In this document: positions 12,201-24,210 of the stretch, piece by piece
Layout of the letters: each line of letters opens with the position of its first letter
How positions within the stretch are numbered: the first letter of the stretch is position 1
Source of the DNA: Chara braunii
Taxonomy: Eukaryota; Plantae; Charophyceae
Assembly (NCBI GenBank): GCA_003427395.1
Contig: BFEA01000005.1
Span: 5,744,980 to 5,808,979 of the forward strand
DNA length: 64,000 bases
Reading direction: 5' to 3'
Notes under the pieces: model-generated
The model's input: only the letters and a program-made list of their open reading frames with translations
Database searches by the model: none
Told to the model about the DNA's origin: nothing
Program-made: the position numbers and the translations under genes

Positions 12201-13001
12201 TGGTTCTCAAATGTCAGAGAGGAAACGGGCACTATCAGCAGGAGGCTGAATTTCTTATTGTTCTCACCACTTGTTTGACATGCCACGGCTCAAATTAAGG
12301 AAACTCAAAATCCAATCTCGGACCACAAACCTGTTGTCGCCCAAAAGTTGGAAAGAGGTCCGGGTTATTTCAGAGTTAATACACAAATTCTGAAAGATTC
12401 AGGAGTGGTAGACTGGATGTTGAGACTCTGGAAGGATTGGGAGGCAAACGATGACTCCTTCCAATCTAAAGATGCTTGTTGGGATGTTGGGATCTGGGTT
12501 TTGTCAAGGCACCTTAATATCTTCTCTCGTATATTGGTTGTGAAACGAAAGGACAAAGAATAGGACCTGATCCGTAAAATTGAATACGCTGAAACGCAGA
12601 TGATTTCACATCCGATATCGAATCTCGTGTGGGGCCCCATTAGGAGGAAATTTCTTGCTGAGTGGGATGCTTATCAGATGGAAGAATCAGAAGCCTCGGC
12701 TGAACGATTGAGGGTAAAGGGTATTGTAGTCTATGATCGCATGACCCGGGAAACATTTAGAAAGCTCTCTCCAAAGCGTCTTACACAGTCGATTACCGAA
12801 CTGAGGCATCCATTTGACCAGGAGTTGCCTGTAGCATGTGAGCGAACCCAATTGTGTTTTTATGTTGCTACGTACTACCAGGACATTCTTACTAGAAGAA
12901 GACCTTACGAGGATATCACTGAGGATCTCTTAGAAAGTTCCTCTCATTAGGACCAATACACAGTCAAACTCTTTCTCCAAGGGAGGTTGGATATGGATGA
13001 C
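9248..13001 (+). mobile_element. L1/Tx1-type LINE family B, 5' half (structured 5' UTR, ORF1, APE endonuclease), decayed
   Basis: ORF1 fragments at 9650-11045 with a CCHC knuckle (WCKRCRSFFHTETTC). APE motifs ATWNVRAL, ILCIQESKL, IVAGDWN and SDHKPV at 11629-12340. Ends at the TSD GGATATGGATGAC (12989-13001). The 5' boundary is approximate. Confidence 0.85.
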
Positions 13002-13439
13002 ACGGGGACGATCGTGCTGTTCTGATGCCCCTGAAGGGCGGGACCGATTGCCGATAGCAGGCTGCTAGGGGGGAACACTTTCACACGTCCAGCCTCCGCA
13101 GCAGGTTTGCGGGTTACGGACGTCAACTGCGGCTTGAGAGCTCATCGTTCTCATACAGCGGTACTGGGGAGACTACGTGACTTGATGCCACGTGTGTCCC
13201 TGGGAGAAGCGCTAGGTGAAGGAAAGTAGGAGAGGTTGATTGGCGTCGCTATCAGGAGACAGCGAGGAAGTGTAAACCGACTTCACAAGTCACTCTAGGA
13301 AGAAGCTCGGTATACATACAGACTGTACATGGTATTCGACGAACATGGACGTACCGGGACGCAAGTCACGTTAAGGAGGAAATCTCAATACCTCAATACA
13401 ATGGGGTATGAAACTTGCGCTTTTTTCGCATAGGAAGAT

Positions 13440-14660
13440 GCTATGGTAGGGTGATATGTGCTGCATTGCGATTTCGACTTGGGAGTGCTACCGCACTTTC
13501 ATGAAGATGCGTTTTTTTACACTCGAAGAGGGAGCGCCATCGCACATTCGAGTGGGAATACTCTCGGAATTTACTAGAGTTGACATCGTTTTCACAAAAC
13601 ATCCAGTGTGGTAAGTTATTCGGCATTTGAGTAGGAGTGATATCGTGCGGGGATAAGTTATCGCGGGTTCGAATTGGGAGTAATACCGCGACTACACCAT
13701 TGCGCGTTTGATTTGGGAGTGCTATAGCAGTGCCACGGTGTGGATCGCCTTCAATATGGATGTGGGATGCAAGTCACGCTGAGGTGGTATGGTATAGAGA
13801 TTGCTCTCAACGCTTCATTACAAGGACCATATGATTGGGAGAGATGATTGAGATTGTGCTCTCAAGAGGGAGTATCATTGCGCACTTGACGGAGAACATT
13901 AAGTAGGCTAGTGCGCGGTTGAGATAGGAATGCTATTGCATTCTTAGGGGGGAGCGCTATCGCGCAATCGTATAGAAAAGTTTTCGTGCGAGCTGGGAAA
14001 AATTATCGCTATCACTCACTCGGGGGGGGCTAAGATGGAAATGCTGTTGCGCTCTTAGGGGGGAGCGCCATCGCGCGAACGTATGGGAATATTTTCATGC
14101 CAACTGGGAATACTATCGTTATCGCTCACTCGAGGGGGGGCTATTGTGCATCGCACATCCGAGTGGGAAGGCTTTTGTTATTGGGAAGATATATGGCGTT
14201 TTCTGAGATCATTCAGTGTCTGTTTCAGAAAACGTTAAGTGAGGTAAGCCATTGGGCATTTGAGTTGGAGTGAGATCATACTTCTACTGTGTTTTTGGTA
14301 TGCTATGACATGTTTGAATTCGTGCCTCTAAAGTGTAACGCCAATGCGCGTTCGAGTTGGGAATGCTATAGTGCTTCGATTGTCTCAAGAGAAGTGCAAG
14401 CGTGAGCACTATTATTATTGCGCTCTCAAATGGTAATGCGAGCGACGGACTACTTTGCTCTACAGTGTTTTTGCTACGCTATCGCGCAATTGAAGTGGGA
14501 GTGATATCGTGCCTCTATAGTGTGATGACAATGTGCGTTCGAGTTGGGAATATTATAGTGCTTCTATTAACTCGAGAGAAGTGCAAGTGTGTTTTCAAGG
14601 GGGAGCTCTATCGCGCTCTCGAGTGGTAATGCGATCGACATACATTGTTGCTCTCAACTC
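13440..14660. repeat. Degenerate short tandem-repeat array in the 5' region of LINE family A
   Basis: Many variants of GGGAGTGCTATCGCGC..TTCGAGT(T)GGGA recur across about 1.2 kb. Confidence 0.6.
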
Positions 14661-15461
14661 TCCATTACAAGGAAGGGGATCAATAAGCAGGAAAGTGCGC
14701 GCTCGCCAGATTCTCTTTTCTCCCTACCACTACTAACATTGTTGAGAGGAAAGTGAGTATAAGAGCCACGTGTCACCTTCGTAGAGCATTTGAGTTAGTG
14801 TGCATATAGAGACATTCGACAGCATGACTCAACCGGGGCATTGAGGTAAGAGGGGCTGAGCGCCTTGATGCCACAATTCTTAAGGGGAAAAATGCCTGGA
14901 GAAAAAAAGTGGGAGAGAGTCTCATGCACACTACATTGTGATCTCAAAGGATATGCGTCACCTTCGGGGATCAACTTTAGCATAAGTTCAAGGGGGAGAG
15001 AGTTGCATTGTGGCATCCAGTCAGGAGGAAACAGGGAGAAATCAAGCATGAGAAGCAAATAGCAAGGGGAGGTCAGTTGAACAAAGGAATCGATGAAGAC
15101 AAGGCTGATGACTCGAAGGAAGTACGTTCTAATGCTGGTGCGAAGGAGATAAAAGGAAGTGAAAAAGGAAGCAGACAACGCATTGGAAGACAAGCAAAAA
15201 ACGCAGTGAAGTACCCCGTGTCTCCTTCCTTGTTCCCTTGTTCCCATTTCCACTTTTTTCCTACTCCCTCTCCTTTTTGGTTTCTCCTAGCCAAAAAAAA
15301 AAAAAAAGGGAAAAAAGAAGAAGATAAATGAAGAAAAGGGGGTAAAGGGAATGAGAATCATCATACTCTAATTGACATAAGGACTCTACACCTCCCTCTT
15401 TCATCTTTTCTTTGGGAATTAAAACAAGTTTTCTTGTTAGGGTGAGAAATTCTCAAACAAA

Positions 15462-18400
15462 ATGACGCGTATAGTTCGCCATCAGAGGGCTCACAGACAG
15501 GTGGATTCAATGTTGATGTTTCGTGGGGCAATGAGACAGATAGCACACAGACAATTACACATACCATTAAGACAGGTCCTGCAAAACAGACGAGCACAAG
15601 CTGCATTTACAAAGAATAATGAACCTCTGGCAGTTTCCCTTGATGGTGAGATACTAAATGAGGAAGAGAGGGCTCATCAGAATCTAGCCCTCTCTCAGAG
15701 TTCTTTTTGTTCATCCGTATCCCAACACAAAATGTCAGGTACAAATTTTCACTCTTCCCCAATGGCTTCCCTCGTCACCTCCCGTATGGGGAATTGCAAC
15801 CAGCACAGTCAGGAAATGGTAATCAATCCATTGTACGAATTGGAGGATGGTGGGGAAGCCATCGCAAATTGCTCAACTCACAAACGAATCACAAAGGAAG
15901 AATCTAAAATGGCTCAACAAAATTCTAGCAGAATAGAATCGAGTGGAAAGGAGCAACAACAAGTGTCAGACATCTCTCAGTATGAACTGGGTTTTCCTAC
16001 TTTACAAGAGGCATCGGGAAGGAGTTTTGGCAATCGAGGGGGGAAAAGGGAAGGAGGGAAGAGTATGGAAAGTGAGTGGAGAAGTGACAAGGAAGGAAGG
16101 GGAGAAAGAGAAGGAAACGAGAGTGTAGAGGAGGGCAGAGGAGGAGATTTTGAGAATGAAAGGAGGAAGGAAGCTGACAAAAGGATGGGGGACCAGGACA
16201 AGATGAAACCGTTGTCAGCTGGGACCAGACTACTCTCCTCGATGGAAAGAGTTACTCAGCCCTCATGGGCAGAAAAAGCAAAAGGTTCCCTCTACAATAA
16301 GACCGTGGTAGTAAAAAGACCAGACCAGCATGCTTCCTCACTCCAAATCCCCCTTTCGAATTTGCCCTCAGCACGTGCCTTCTTCCTTTCCAAATTCATC
16401 AGTTCCTTAGAAAATAGGGTGGTTGACTGTGGGGGAAAAAAATCTATGATAAAATTTTATCCAACCCAGAAATTAGCAGAGAGAGATGCGGTTTATCAGC
16501 GACACGCAAATAACTGAGTCTTTTATGATGATGCAACATTCAAGTCAGTAAATGAAAAAGTAAAATGGGTTTGTAGGCGTCGTGCATTTTTCAAAGGAAG
16601 TCAAAAAGTTGTACAGGAGGAATTCCTGATACAGCCTGTTTCATCAACTGTCTTCACGGTACTCAACATTAATAAAATGGACAAAAAAACGATTGATGGC
16701 TGGAGAAAGCTGAGGTGTGATCGATCGGAAGTCAGAATTTATCCATGGACTCCTAAAAAACAGGGACCGGATGAACGACGTCGTCAGATGATGGAGGATT
16801 TCTATTGGGTGGAATTTCGTCATATCCCAATAGAAATCCAAGCTGCATTCATCCCTGATTTTCAGGTGGTCCATGATATTGTTGACTTTATTGATCCCCT
16901 CCCAGCATTTGCAGCCAGAAGAGATGATTATCTTATGTTGGCCATTAATCATCCCCCTAACCTTCCATTCCCCATAGATGATATTATTCCATACAGAGTG
17001 GGGGGAAAATAATTTCATATTCATACGGCACACAAATTGCGTCCGTGGTGCTTCCGATGTAAGGCTTATGGTCATCTCAGCACGAACCAGGCCTATGAAC
17101 AGAATCCATCACGAAGACAAAAGGTGACAGGGAGGCTGATCAAAGACCCTTTCAAAAACAACCTCTTGAGAACTGTGGATCAAGGGCATGAGGGGTGGGT
17201 ATACATTGAAGGGTCAGGCAAGGGCTCAAAGCCTAAAGGATGGGTGTGGGAAAAGGAGGGAGATCCGAACTGGGAAACGAAACCCCCAGAAAACTGGACA
17301 CCTCCGGAATCGACAGACAAAGTTGTGAATAAAGCCACCTCAAACACCCCCTCATCTTCGCACAATTATCAACCCTTACTGGGGTCGTGAGGGAAGCCTG
17401 TGTCATCCGACTCGAGTCAGGAGAGAAAAGTAGAGCAAACTTTAGGAGAACCAGATCCTCAGAATTATCTCAAAGATAAGGAGATTACAACAAAGGGAGA
17501 TAAATTGCTGTCCCAAAAGGACAAACAAAATCAAAACCAGGATTTGGCAATGGAATAGGATCTGGACAGCGAACAGGATCCATCACAAGACCTCTCACTA
17601 ACTCGAAAAAGGAGTAGGCCGAAAATAAAAAAGAAAAAATTTTTAATAAGAAGAAGACCTTCTCATCAAATATGGAAGCCTAAGGAAAGGTCACCATCAG
17701 ATAAGAAGGAAGGGGAGACAATGCACGATTTGACAATTGAAGAGGGAAAGATCCAAAGGCAGGAGGAAATCCCTCAACATGATTTTTTTTGTGAAGCTTT
17801 TGGACCTGCTCCCATGGATATTGATTCAGAGCAGGCTGCATCAGATAGCCCTATGGCTGAAGCCCCACCTTCAGAGGAGGAAGGATTTATCTCAGTAGAA
17901 CAAAAAATGATACAATTAGTGGAATGGATACTCCAACAGCTTAAAGAAAAATATGGAGCAACTTCTACTGAGGCTTGGGATTCCTCTTACGCACAACTCA
18001 TCAACTTGATAAATGCTAGTCCATCCTTGCAACGAGTACTTTTTGAGGGGCTCCCATCAGACGCTAAACGGTCGACAGTCAGTCAATGAATGCTAAAGGC
18101 GGTAATAACAATGTTTCAACCACCATACCCCACTACAAAAAATAAAGAGGTAGGGGGGAAAAAGGGTATGAAAACAACTTTGGTAACAGTAAGTATTGCT
18201 GACACAGTCCCCACTCCTCTTTATTCTCAAGGGCCGTTGGGATCGGATCCATGGAGACAGCCACCCACCCAAGAAGATAGTAAAGGGGACTCACAGGGAA
18301 ACATAACTGATGTGGAAAATAACAGACAAGTTGTTCAGCAACCCCACCCCCCAGTAAACAATGAGAAAAAACCTCTGGGACAAGTAATTTATGGGGATAC

Positions 18401-19301
18401 TAATGGACAACTAATTCTATCACAATAAATAATAGGAAACAACCACCCAGTCGGGTTCACTGACAAAAATGTACTGCTACAGGAACATCAGGAGTCCAAA
18501 TCCACTGACGATGATTTAGTCATGACCCCACTGGAGTTGCCTACCCCTGAACAATCATCAAACATACAGAATTGTCTTCAAAAGGAGGGAACACAGAATG
18601 AGGAGGATACCGCAGAAAATCTGTTGTCTCAGAACCTTAAGGAAGTGATCCCTTCGACATCGTACCAACAGGGACCTGCACATGAGCAGAAACAGAAAAA
18701 TCAGCAACAACCGCAGTCCTGCCTTTCATATGGCCCACCCCAACTAGAGGGGCTGGTCTCCTGTCCTACACCTGTAACACAGGATCCAGGAGAGAGGCAA
18801 AAAATGAGGCATGTGCTAGAAAAGGGTCATGCAATTAGACCACAACCGCCTAAAGGAAATCTGATTATCCCGATAAGAAAGAAAGGAGGAAAATGGGAGG
18901 TGAGTCTCTCACTATTGGGGCAAGACCAGTACGGGGGAGTCACATTGAGAGGATGATCAACATATGTCGACTATCAAAGTGCAGGTGATCGAACTTTCAA
19001 AAGAGATATGTGGGACTTTTTGGCAAAACATTATGATCCCGGACCAAAAGCAACCCTCACGGAAGTAGGAGACAAGGCACAAATGACAAAAAATGATACA
19101 TTTGTTCGGTTCGAGCATCAGAAAGAGGCCAGACTGAGATGGTTTTTCCATGCGGCATTATTGGAACTACAAAGTCTCAAAATTAAAACAAATGTTGTGT
19201 GGTCCGCCTCGGATATAGTCGCATTTCTCAGTGTTATTCTACGAAGATATATCTTACAGTCTACCGTTGAACTAGACAACGGTAACTGGATCCGTCTCTA
19301 A
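15462..19301 (+). pseudogene. LINE family A ORF1 (very long, interrupted by stops and frameshifts)
   Basis: Consecutive ORF pieces. Low-complexity N-terminus, SWAEKAK motif, zinc knuckle WCFRCKAYGH at about 17046, long disordered C-terminal region. Confidence 0.7.
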
Positions 19302-19340
19302 GGAACTAGAGGGGGATGCTCTTTTTATAATTATTGTAAG

Positions 19341-22300
19341 ATGGAAGCAATACATGCGTATTATGGTAAGAATCCATCTTGGTACCGTGCAACCAAAACA
19401 GCAGATATAGACCTCCGATCTCTGAATGTGAATGGTTTAGCCACGACAGATGCGAAAAAAAGGAAGGCAATACTGGAACAACTGAAAGGAGTGGGGGGAA
19501 GAACACGACCATATATTATATGTATACAAGAAACACATTTAACCAACTCCCCCATTCATATCCGAGCACATAACACCGTATGACCGTTCAATAAATTGAG
19601 TCATATAACACATTTACGCTCCAGCTCCAAGAAGCGGCTCCGCGGGAGTAGCGATTTGGGTCCCACCTGATTCCAAGGCAGAAATAATTCAGTGGGTAGC
19701 TGATAAAGAACAGGGGCGATTAATATCGGCTATTCTATCAATTGAGTCATATGTTTTATATGTAATTAACGTTTATGACCCTAATGAATTAGAAGAAAGG
19801 GTTAGGTTCTTTCAAGACATTAGGAAGCAGATTCCGGAAGGAATCCCTCTAGTTATGGTAGGGGATTTCAATGCTGCCCCGGATAGATGGCTTGATCGAT
19901 AAAAGATTCCCTCTCCATGCCCGCCTTATATAGAAGAAGATTAAATTATTATACAAACCTTGTATGAGAATGAACAGCTTTTTGACTCATATCGTAGAAT
20001 TTTTCCTAGAGAAAGGCTATTCACGTGTATACGTAATCAAGGTAATCGACTTGAATCCATATCTAGAATAGATTTAATTCTAATGTCGGAAGATCTGGAT
20101 AGTAATCTCATTGACGCAACCATTTTTCCACAGAGCCCATGGACAGGGGCATATCACAAAATGTGCGCAACACTTTTATCCTTCAAAAAGAAACCGGACC
20201 AAGGTAGGGGTTTCTATAAATTGAATACATCTCTGTTATCTCAAAATCAATTCAGAAAATACTTAGCAGATGTGTGAGAATATTGACATTCAACGAAAGA
20301 GAGGCAAGATTCCTATATTTCCTGGTTTAATAATGGGTTGGTTTTTCTGGCAAAAATGTGTAATGAATACTCGAAATTGCAGGCAAAGAATATATATTTA
20401 CAAGAAATGCATATTCAAGAACAAATTCTAAATTATGAATCTCAAGACCAACTGAATGACTCTTCCCAAACTATCAATATCTAAGAACTCAGGAATCAGC
20501 TTTTAGCCTTCGCACAACATTGTTGGCAAGGTCAAATAATCAGAGGCAAGTTGTCAAAATTCTTTTCTGAAGGACATATGGATACTTCTTTCTTCGCAAT
20601 GGCTCGATCACGAGCCAAGCGCTCTTCCGTAGAAAGTTTATTGGATAAGAGGGATCCCTATCACCCCTCTCAGTCTGCATCTTCGGCAGCAAGTCTGAAA
20701 ATAGCCTATGATTTTTTTAAGGAATTATTTCGGTCATCCAAAGATCCAACCTGTATTAAGGAGGATGACCAAGCCATTGGTCTTTCTCTAGAACCACTTT
20801 TTCAATCTATTACTGATAAACAATGTGACTTCCTAGAGTGACTATTAACTAAAGATGAAATTTGGGCGGCCTTAATACAAATGGAGGAAGATAAGACCCC
20901 GGGGGTGGATGACCTTCTTAAAGAATTTTGAAAAGTTATGTGGCCCAACTTTTCATCAGATTTAATGCAGTATTTTCAAGAGGTTTGGGAGTCAGGCCAG
21001 ATGGGTGAAATATTGAGCCAAGGGATACTTACCTTATTATACAAAAAAAGAGATAAAACAAACATTAGGAATTATAGGCCAATAACTTTATTAACAGTAG
21101 TTCATAAGTTATTGGCAAAGACTCTTGCTAATCGAATGATCCCAATTATGCCAGATATAATCCATCCCTCTCAGACTGGGTTTATAAATGGTCGACATAT
21201 ACAAGATAACATTCTTTTAGTTAATGAAATGGTCAAAGTCTCACGACAATCAAAACAAAACACAACTTTTGTTTTCATAGACTTTGAAAAAGCCTATGAC
21301 CATGTTGATTGACGTTTCCTCGATGCTTGGTTGAAAAAATTGAATTTTGGTCCGAATATGCGTAGATTGGTCAAAATCCTCCATGCAAATGCTACAACAC
21401 GAATTCTGGTTAATGGTCTGCTGTCCCCAGAAATTCACATTCAAAGGTAAGTAAGACAAGGGGATCCATTGACCCCTTTCCTTTTTGTAATTGTGATGGA
21501 AGTGTTGGGGGCAAATCTTAAAGCTAATCACAACATTAAGCATCTACGCATCTCGGGATACCTGAAGAGGTAATTCCCATAGCATCCATGTTTGCGGACG
21601 ATCTGACCATTATGATGGAAGCATCTGCAACAAATATGGGGGAAATAAAAAACATGCTAGATAAATTTTCCGTAGTTTCAGACATGATAGTCAATTGGGG
21701 AAGTAAAACTCAAGGATGGTGGTTCCATTCTAATGGAGATCGACCTCTTGAGTCTCCTAGGGTACAATGGTTGCCGTTGGAGGTCCCATTGAGAGTCTTG
21801 GGAGTTTCACTTTCTTTTAATGGTAAACCCATCTCCAATGACGATTGGATATCTAAGCCCGCGATTACAAAAATAAATCAATGGAAGGGTCAACATACCT
21901 CTCTTTTTGGTCGAACACTTGTAATTAACAATGTGGTGTTGGCATCAATAAAGTACAAATCAACACTTTGGGCAATTGGCAAGCCAAGGATTAAACACCT
22001 TCAAAAACAAGTGTCGGTCTTCCTTTGGAGGGGTGATCACGAACTAGACCTTAGGGTGGCGTGGTCCACCCTGATACAACCTAAATCTACGGGAGGCTTG
22101 GGACTTTTTGACCCTACCCTGAAGTATCAAGCTTTGTCCTTACAATGGATAATAAACCTCATTTTAAGAATTGATAAACCCTGGCAACCTATGACTCTTG
22201 AACAAATAAGAAGACTGACACCGAATACTCCTGTGGAAGTGTACCCCCTCACTTGGATAGAAAATAGATTCTGGAACATCCCTCGACCGTGTGCACATTC

Positions 22301-23845
22301 AAATCTAGAAGGGGAGAGAGGAGCAACTCGTATTGATCTCCTGGTTGATAATTTATGGCTTTCAATTATGAAAACATGGTGGAAACTACCTTTACCAAAT
22401 AAACCTTTTATAATAGTTCTTCAACACCATGGTCCCAATGGGTGAAAAAAGGGGTAGTACGGGTTAACGACATCTGGGATCATGAAAAAGGAAATTGGAT
22501 GTCGACTGATCAACTTAAGAAAGTTATTCCATATGCCCATAAACTAGCCCAGAACCTGGACCACATCATCTGTTCTATTCCCCTGGTGTGGAGAAGAGAA
22601 CTAAAAAAAGGATTAAGATTTCAGGAAGAGGATTTTGTAATGATTACTCAAGATCTTGAATGTTGGCAAGTTGGACAAATATTGAGTCTATTAAAAGAAG
22701 GAGCTTTGGTGTCCCTCTTCAGAATAACTGCAAATTATTGGCTCCGCCCTTCACAAGCTAACCAAGTTGAGTTTGTTCAATTCAAGGAAATGTTTAGGAT
22801 AAGAGTGCTTTTTATATCCGCCTCCAAAAGTTGGAGAGTATTCCAGCCACAATGCCCAATTCCGGACCTACCCATTGACCCAACAGAATGGGTGTGGCAA
22901 ACCGGGAGGAAAATCAAACCACGCACTTTGCAGTCCCTTTCAGTCAAGGCAGTTTATCGATTGTTGAGACCAAGAGTGGATGTGGCATCTATAATAAGAT
23001 ACCGGTGGGTAAAGCATTTGAATATAGATATGCACAAAATTCAAAATATAAAATTCTTCAACGAGCTAAAACAAAGACCAACTAAATTCTCCTCGCTACA
23101 GTGGCAAATTCTCCATAGGTGCCTACCCACGAATGACTGGCTTATTGATCACACTAATTTAGAGCAACGTGGCCTGACACTTCCATGGTGTAAAGCATGC
23201 CTCTCGGTTTTCCCGAATAAGAAGATCAAAGAAACCATTGAACACGTATTCATCCAATGTCTGGGCACAGTATTGGTATGGAGAAGGTGGGACTGTGTAT
23301 GGAGAGGTCTGACAGGGATTGACTGGCCGTGGGACTGGAGAACCGTTCTCCTGGGCTATTGGGAACCAATGAATATACATCCTTCAGAATTTCAGAGAAA
23401 TTTGTTTGAAATTGGGCGGAAAGCTATTTTATGGGCACTATGGTATAAAAGGTGTGTGCATGAAAGAGAAGACGTGAAATTGGAAGGAACAAACTTTGCT
23501 CAGCTGATAGTCCAATTCGTACAAACAGAAATACGGGCACACTGGTTAATAGTCTGTGCTAAGTTACAACAGTTCCAGCAGAAAAAATATATTATTAGTA
23601 GTATTCAACAATTCAATCTTAATTGGCTAGGAGAAACTGAAGGAGATAGTTTGGGGGAAGTGAAATGGCTGGGCAGGGAGGTGCAGGAGGAATCTCTAAA
23701 ACGGGACTACCACCTGATTTTCAAGGACTGGTTTTCACTTCCTCAAAGAGTTACTCTCAGATCTCCTGATTGCTTTCTTGATCCCTTCCCCCCCTCTGAG
23801 TTGGCGCTGGTTGATAATCAGTGGTGTGCAGTGGGTGATAGGTAA
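19341..23845 (+). pseudogene. LINE family A ORF2: APE endonuclease, reverse transcriptase and C-terminal CCHC zinc finger
   Basis: Motifs SLNVNGL, ICIQETHL, GDFNA, SRIDLI, NYRPITLL, QTGFINGR, IDFEKAYD, RQGDPL, MFADDL, GGLGL and CKAC...ETIEHVFIQC. Several stops and frameshifts. Confidence 0.92.
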
Positions 23846-24061
23846 AATTTAGTGCTGCGTCAAGGGTAGTTCAACTTAAGCAGTCCTAGGATTCCTTTCT
23901 GCTGTTTGGGTATCTGCTTGTATGAAACTTTTTTTTGAGAAAAGATAGGAGGTTGTACTGGTAGTTCAATCAAGGTTATCTGGCGGCCAGATTCTGGCTG
24001 AAGAGGTGGTCCTCCTTTCGTCACTATTTTTTCAAATCAGTATTACATTTCCATTGTATCA

Positions 24062-24168
24062 GGGACGCTGGACCCGGTTTCCAGTAGGTGTAGCTCCCCA
24101 CCAATAGAATGGAGCCTGTAGCCGGGATGCTAGTGATGGCTGCTCTTATCACCATCACTAGCAACCCG
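24062..24168 (+). ncRNA. Conserved 3'-terminal structured module of LINE family A (hairpin, pseudoknot, CUGCUCUUAUCA-loop hairpin)
   Basis: Stems GCTGGA/TCCAGT, GGTG/CACC and GCTCC/GGAGC, then TGCTAGTGATGG/CCATCACTAGCA just before poly(A). Covaries across copies. Confidence 0.75.
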
Positions 24169-24174
24169 AGGATA

Positions 24175-24206
<32 letters not shown>

Positions 24207-24210
<4 letters not shown>

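Larger units (their letters stand above)
13002..24206 (+). mobile_element. Full-length 11.2 kb L1/Tx1-type LINE family A inserted into the family-B LINE
   Basis: TSD GGATATGGATGAC at 12989-13001 and 24207-24219. Poly(A) at 24178-24206. Contains a long ORF1 region and an EN-RT-zinc finger ORF2. Confidence 0.92.

Noticed and set aside
13440-14660. CRISPR-like repeat/spacer array
   Set aside because: Units are highly degenerate and irregularly spaced, the context is a eukaryotic retroelement, and no cas genes are present.
24109-24206. N-terminus of the 494 aa ORF with a poly-K run
   Set aside because: It reads through the 3' tail and poly(A) of the inserted LINE; the true coding part starts after the TSD.
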